Assembly (NCBI GenBank): GCA_942493095.1
Contig: OW818675.1
Location: forward strand, 930,001-962,000
Reading direction: 5' to 3'
Source: Candidatus Electronema halotolerans
GTDB lineage: Bacteria; Desulfobacterota; Desulfobulbia; Desulfobulbales; Desulfobulbaceae
DNA: 32,000 nt
Position numbers and translations under genes: made by a program
Part shown: piece by piece, positions 27,949 through 32,000 of the stretch
Numbering within the stretch: the stretch's first letter is position 1
Layout of the letters: the number at the start of each line of letters is the position of its first letter
The notes under the pieces: generated by a model
What the model was told of the DNA's origin: nothing
The model's database searches: none
The model's input: the letters and a program-made list of their open reading frames with translations, nothing else

Positions 27949-28053
27949 ATGCTGACCAGCGCGGCCTTTGTCGTGAGCTGGCAGCTCCGCAGTAGCTCCG
28001 GTCGCCGGACCGGAGTTCAACGACAGAATTTTCACTCTGGTTGGGCTGATTGC
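27949..28053 (+). pseudogene. Truncated duplicate of the yedE 3' region
   Basis: ATGCTGACCAGCGCGGCCTTTGTCGTGAGCTGGCAGCTCCGCAGTAGC... matches 27001-27101 ATGTTGACCGGCGCGGCGTTTGTGGTAAGCTGGCAGCTCCGCAGCACT..., protein MLTSAAFVVSWQLRSSS versus MLTGAAFVVSWQLRSTS; frame then disrupted. Confidence 0.88.
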
Positions 28054-28069
28054 GTCTCATTATAACGAA

Positions 28070-28726
28070 ATGATCCAGATCGATATATTTTGTAGACAGT
28101 GTCAAAAAAATCATCATCAACTTGTGAATGAAAAAGAGTCAATTTCAATACAATGCGAATCTTGTGGAGCTGCGCTTGCATCTATTTCTCCAATTAACGG
28201 ATATGTATACATTCTATCGAATCCATGTATGCCAAATTTAGTCAAGATAGGGTTTACTACACGAAATATTTACGAAAGGATTTCTGAACTTAATTCTTCA
28301 AGCGGCATACCTGAACCTTTTGTGATTGAAGCTGCTTTTTGTAGTATCAACCCTAAAAAGGATGAACAAATAATCCATGCTGAATTAGATAAAAATCGTA
28401 CTAATAGAAATCGTGAGTTTTTTCAATTTGAACCGCTTGATGCAATTGATAAAATAGTAAAAATACTTGAAAAGCAACCTGATTATATTGGGACGAACAG
28501 CATGGTTAACTGTGAAAGACTTCTTCAGAGAAAAAAAGAAGAAGAAAGAATTTTTAAGAAGAAACAGAATTATTTTTTATCTCAAGGCATATTTGCAGAA
28601 GACCCAGGAAGATCAGTTGCTATGTATTCATTTAAATGTATTGGATGTAAAAATAGATTTTATTCCAAATATCCTAAAAACAATAGAACTGCTTGCCCTT
28701 TCTGCTTTTCTTGTGAAATTGAATGA
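28070..28726 (+). CDS. T5orf172/MUG113-type GIY-YIG domain protein flanked by zinc-ribbon-like motifs
   Basis: CRQCQKNHH...CESCG; GYVYILSNPCMPNLVKIGFTTRNIYERISELNSSSGIPEPFVIEAAFCSINPKKDEQIIHAELDKNRTNRNREFFQF; C-terminal CIGCKNRFYSKYPKNNRTACPFC. Visibly AT-rich. Confidence 0.82.
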   Translation: MIQIDIFCRQCQKNHHQLVNEKESISIQCESCGAALASISPINGYVYILSNPCMPNLVKIGFTTRNIYERISELNSSSGIPEPFVIEAAFCSINPKKDEQIIHAELDKNRTNRNREFFQFEPLDAIDKIVKILEKQPDYIGTNSMVNCERLLQRKKEEERIFKKKQNYFLSQGIFAEDPGRSVAMYSFKCIGCKNRFYSKYPKNNRTACPFCFSCEIE

Positions 28727-28863
28727 AAAAATTATGAAATATATTAACTGGATTAAAACATAGCGTTGTTTTTAAAACATGATTTGGACGGCATGCCGCT
28801 TCATGAAATTCCGCACAAGATCATTTATCTGTGCCCTAAATATGTGGACAAAATACAATCATC

Positions 28864-29409
28864 ATGAACTGGTTCAAAAAAAAGGAAAAGCCGCAGGAGC
28901 CGGAAAAGGAAGAGGTCACACGCGGCCTGCTGATCTTTGCTCACCCGACCACAGTCATCGCGGTGGAGGAACTGCTCAAGGACGAGGGATATAAAATTCG
29001 GGTGGTCAGTCCGCCGCCTGCCTACCGCACCGGCTGCGACTTGAGCGTGGAATTTCCGCTGGAAGCGGAAGCCGCCATCACTGAGCTGCTCAATGCAGTC
29101 AAGCTGCATCCGCTTGATGTGGTGCCGATCACCTCGGAAGGCATGGAGCCGCTTCAGTTTGTCCGCAAAAAATGGTATGGCAAATACCTGATGGTCCGGG
29201 CGGCCAACATGAAGATCACCGTAGATACAGAGACCAAGGTCATTGTCAATATCTCTGGCGGCGGCTGCCCGGACGTGCCCTATCTTGCCACGACCATGAT
29301 CGGTAAGCGGCTTGACGAGGCTCCTGCCCCGGACGAAGTCGGCTTCTCCCTTTGCGCCTATTCCCTCAACACTGCCCGGGAAGAGATGATCCGGGAAATC
29401 GGAGCATAA
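28864..29409 (+). CDS. DUF3343-like (putative Se/S carrier) protein with additional C-terminal region
   Basis: RGLLIFAHPTTVIAVEELLKDEGYKIRVVSPPPAYRTGCDLSVEFPLEAEAAITELL; extra C-terminal region NISGGGCPDVPYLATTMIGKRL. Confidence 0.7.
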   Translation: MNWFKKKEKPQEPEKEEVTRGLLIFAHPTTVIAVEELLKDEGYKIRVVSPPPAYRTGCDLSVEFPLEAEAAITELLNAVKLHPLDVVPITSEGMEPLQFVRKKWYGKYLMVRAANMKITVDTETKVIVNISGGGCPDVPYLATTMIGKRLDEAPAPDEVGFSLCAYSLNTAREEMIREIGA

Positions 29410-29411
29410 TC

Positions 29412-30281
29412 ATGCTGTTGTTAGTTGGTGCGGTTCCTGCTGACCGCCTCCCCCTGATCATCGGCCCGGTCTCGCTCACTGACCGGGGCATCAAGATTGA
29501 CGGTCATGAGCTGCCCATCAACCGGGGCAATGAGGCCATGATGAAGGCTGCCTGCCTGATCTGCCAGGAATACGGCGTGGAGCCGCCGGTCGGCATGGTG
29601 GCAGGCGACATTGGCAAGCGCGAAGGCAGCGAGGCAATTTACAAGCACTTGGCCGAGCATCTGCCGACGATGGGGGTCAAGGTGATGACCCTGCATTATG
29701 TGATGCCTGATCTCAAGCTGAATAAGAAGGTGCTGGCCACGGTCGAGACCATGAAGGAAAGCAGGCCTGCTCTGATTGCCGACGCGGGCAGCATGTATGT
29801 GGCCAAGGCGGGCGGCGATGCCAAAATGTACGATGTTTTCACCCCGGACATTGGCGAGGCCACCTTTCTGGCTGATGAGAAGGCCGATCATCCCGCCTAC
29901 ACACGCGGTTTCATCTTCAACATGGAAGATGACGTGCCGGAGCTGATCCGCCGGGCATACATGGGCGGCAACGCGCCCAAGACCATGTTTGTCAAAGGGG
30001 CAGTGGATTATGTCTGCCAAGACGGCGAGATTGTTGACACCATTGCCGAGCCGAGCATTGAGACGATGGAGCCGATTGGCGGCACGGGTGATTTGATCAC
30101 CGGCATGATCAGCGGCCTGATGCACGCTGGCCGCAGTCCGCTCTTAGCCTGCCGCATTGCCGGACGGGTCAACCGGGCTGCTGGCGAGCTGGCCAATCCG
30201 ACCCCGGCCACGCAGGTGGAGGAAATCCTCCGCTGCCTGCCCAAAGCTCTTGCCAAGGTGGAAAAGGAGCTGGGGCTGTGA
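29412..30281 (+). CDS. NAD(P)H-hydrate dehydratase-like / carbohydrate kinase-fold protein
   Basis: ATG at 29412; ALIADAGSMYVAK, FTPDIGEATFLAD, MFVKGAVDYVCQDGEIVDTI, MEPIGGTGDLITGMISGLMHAG. Confidence 0.72.
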   Translation: MLLLVGAVPADRLPLIIGPVSLTDRGIKIDGHELPINRGNEAMMKAACLICQEYGVEPPVGMVAGDIGKREGSEAIYKHLAEHLPTMGVKVMTLHYVMPDLKLNKKVLATVETMKESRPALIADAGSMYVAKAGGDAKMYDVFTPDIGEATFLADEKADHPAYTRGFIFNMEDDVPELIRRAYMGGNAPKTMFVKGAVDYVCQDGEIVDTIAEPSIETMEPIGGTGDLITGMISGLMHAGRSPLLACRIAGRVNRAAGELANPTPATQVEEILRCLPKALAKVEKELGL

Positions 30282-30286
30282 GCCGG

Positions 30287-30469
30287 ATGCAGTTCACTGC
30301 TGTGGTCGAATATTGCAAAGACATAGGTCTCTATGTGGGCTATATGCCGCAGTTTCCCGATGCGCACTCGCAAGGGGAAACGCTTGATGAACTGAACCGG
30401 CTGCTTGAAGACGGAGAGCCTTCGTTCAGTTCTGAGTTTGTCGGCACCCAGCAGATTGCCATAGCGTGA
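30287..30469 (+). CDS. HicB-like antitoxin, shortened
   Basis: MQFTAVVEYCKDIGLYVGYMPQFPDAHSQGETLDELNRLLEDGEPSFSSEFVGTQQIAIA. Confidence 0.7.
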   Translation: MQFTAVVEYCKDIGLYVGYMPQFPDAHSQGETLDELNRLLEDGEPSFSSEFVGTQQIAIA

Positions 30470-30477
30470 AGGGAAAT

Positions 30478-30633
30478 ATGCCTGCCCTTTCGCACAAGCA
30501 GTTCCGCCACGCTGACGGACGGGCAACCACCGTTCCGTTGCATCAAGGAAGAGACATTTCTCCGATTCTCCTGCGGCAGCTTGCACAAGACATCAGCATC
30601 TCGGTTGAAGAGCTGCTCAATGCAGGAGCCTGA
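30478..30633 (+). pseudogene. HicA-like toxin, internally shortened (51 aa)
   Basis: Manual translation ATG 30478 to TGA 30633: MPALSHKQFRHADGRATTVPLHQGRDISPILLRQLAQDISISVEELLNAGA; retains the HicA C-terminal core but lacks the usual N-terminal helix/strand and GSHR region. Confidence 0.7.
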
Positions 30634-30636
30634 ACC

Positions 30637-31026
30637 ATGCGCAATAAATTTCTTGGCACTGGCGAACAGGGCTTTCATCCGCTCCGCAAGATGCGGGTTG
30701 CCTTGTCCGGCGCACGCTATGCCGTGCTCCATGATTTTGCGGTCGCCTACAAGACAGTGCTCTCGGTCTTGATTCTGGTGTGCTGTTTTTACTATCGTCA
30801 ATGGCTTGATTTCAGCATGGTCTTGGTCGCCACCGGCCTGATGATGATTTCTGAAATGTTCAACACCACCATAGAAGCTCTGTGCGACTTTCTCGAACCA
30901 CGGGAAAACGAGCGAATCGGTATTATCAAGGATATTTCGGCGGCAGCGGCAGGGATCAGCATCTTAGTCTGGAGCATTGTCCTCTTGCTGGAAGCAATGC
31001 AGGTCTGGCAGAAGCTGGCCGGATGA
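30637..31026 (+). CDS. dgkA: Diacylglycerol kinase family protein
   Basis: FAVAYKTVLSVLILVCCFYY, GLMMISEMFNTTIEALCDFLEPRENERIGIIKDISAAAAGISI. Confidence 0.85.
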   Translation: MRNKFLGTGEQGFHPLRKMRVALSGARYAVLHDFAVAYKTVLSVLILVCCFYYRQWLDFSMVLVATGLMMISEMFNTTIEALCDFLEPRENERIGIIKDISAAAAGISILVWSIVLLLEAMQVWQKLAG

Positions 31027-31059
31027 AAGTTGGCATCACCTATAATTCCAATCAACACA

Positions 31060-31677
31060 ATGAGCTGGCAGCACGAAATACGCCACATCCGGCTTCCCCA
31101 AGCAGTCTGGCAGGACATTGTCGCCCATTGCCAAAGAAAGCTGGCCGGTGAGTTCTTGCCCGGTGAAACCCAAGTCAAGCGGGCCTTCGGCATTCTTGTC
31201 GGAGTGAGAAACGGCGACGAGCTGCAGGTGCGGCAGGTCTTGACCATAAAAAAAAACGCCCGCAATGTGGAGCCGATCAAGAGCTTCATGGACAAGCTCA
31301 TGGAGCAGTATGCCATTCCCTCAACCACGCCACTGAATCAGCGCGGCTGGGTCACTGATCCGCAGGAGTTCAAGGAGTGCATGGACTTCTGCAAGCGCGA
31401 GGGCCTGATCATGTTCGGGGCCTATCACATTCATGTGGTGCCGTGGCCCGGCGACCCGCTCCGCGACACCCCGACCGGCTTGGACACCGTGCTGGTCCGA
31501 GGCAGCAAGCTCTTTTCCTTCATCATCTCCATGGTCGATCCTGAGCAGCCCATCATCCGGGCCTTTTATGAAGGCCAGATTGACGCGGAGACCCCCATCC
31601 TGTTCGAGCAGGACGAAGAATCATCTGAACCGCAGAGCATTTCATGGCCGCAGGCGCAGCGACTCAACCTGAACTGA
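31060..31677 (+). CDS. Conserved hypothetical protein with JAB/MPN-like features
   Basis: AFGILVGVRNGDELQVRQVLTIKKNARN...LIMFGAYHIHVVPWPGDPLRDTPTGLDTVLVRGSKLFSFIISMVDPEQPIIRAFYEG. Track ORF opens at TTG 31030; ATG at 31060 preferred. Confidence 0.65.
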   Translation: MSWQHEIRHIRLPQAVWQDIVAHCQRKLAGEFLPGETQVKRAFGILVGVRNGDELQVRQVLTIKKNARNVEPIKSFMDKLMEQYAIPSTTPLNQRGWVTDPQEFKECMDFCKREGLIMFGAYHIHVVPWPGDPLRDTPTGLDTVLVRGSKLFSFIISMVDPEQPIIRAFYEGQIDAETPILFEQDEESSEPQSISWPQAQRLNLN

Positions 31678-32000
31678 TTGTTGAATACACCGATCCTTTG
31701 GAAGGCTTCAAGGGCTGGTTGGTCATTGATTCACTCACGCACCGGCTGGCCGCTGGCGGGATGCGGGTGCAGAAAGGTCTGACCTGTGAAGTGGTGCGCC
31801 AGTTAGCCGCAACCATGACCTTGAAGATGCGCATTGCTGGCATCCGGGCGGACGGTGCCAAGTGCGGCATTGACTATGACCCGCGCAGTCCGGGCAAGCA
31901 GGAGGCCCTGTTCCGCTTCATCCGGGCGATCAAGCCGTATCTGCTCGAACGCTATTCAATGGGGCCGGACCTCAACACCACCATGCCGGAGCTGGACGCG
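31644..32000 (+). CDS. Glu/Leu/Phe/Val dehydrogenase, N-terminal part (runs off window)
   Basis: Manual translation from ATG 31644: MAAGAATQPELIVEYTDPLEGFKGWLVIDSLTHRLAAGGMRVQKGLTCEVVRQLAATMTLKMRIAGIRADGAKCGIDYDPRSPGKQEALFRFIRAIKPYLLERYSMGPDLNTTMPELDA. Confidence 0.85.
   Translation, partial: MAAGAATQPELIVEYTDPLEGFKGWLVIDSLTHRLAAGGMRVQKGLTCEVVRQLAATMTLKMRIAGIRADGAKCGIDYDPRSPGKQEALFRFIRAIKPYLLERYSMGPDLNTTMPELDA

Overview
This window is mostly a gene-dense, GC-rich bacterial chromosome segment. Gene content (ThiD2-ThiE fusion, YedE/DUF3343 genes, LpxC/LpxK, T5orf172) fits a Desulfobacterota/Desulfobulbales-like organism, but that is inference only. Identifiable genes: a GT-C membrane glycosyltransferase with an N-terminal DUF2304-like region (off the left edge), mutS, a repeat-bracketed membrane protein, thiC, thiE with a ThiD2-like N-terminus, an e(P4)-type acid phosphatase, a DUF985 cupin, gmhA, a LivJ-type binding protein, lpxK, lpxC, fbp, pepA, a CNNM/CBS protein, a conserved hypothetical protein, a pRiA4b ORF-3-like protein and an SLC13-type permease. 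These are followed by a compact cluster (short OpuAC-like protein, TPR, PhnD-like lipoprotein, parallel beta-helix protein, TPR, YedE), then csp, a repeat/remnant region, a T5orf172 GIY-YIG protein, DUF3343, a YjeF/sugar-kinase-like protein, shortened hicB/hicA, dgkA, a JAB-like protein and the start of a Glu/Leu/Phe/Val dehydrogenase. The most interesting non-coding observations are: (1) a 23-bp tandem repeat with flipped units forming strong hairpins (5032-5193); (2) related repeats and nested palindromes on both sides of one membrane-protein gene (5206-5250 and 6462-6584); (3) a 186-bp element with 35-bp imperfect terminal inverted repeats next to a truncated duplicate of the yedE 3' end, in an AT-rich patch with a GIY-YIG gene (27756-28775); (4) a hicB/hicA pair in which both genes appear internally shortened. 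No CRISPR array, rRNA, tRNA or intact transposase was recognised. No complete new biological system is proven by the sequence alone.
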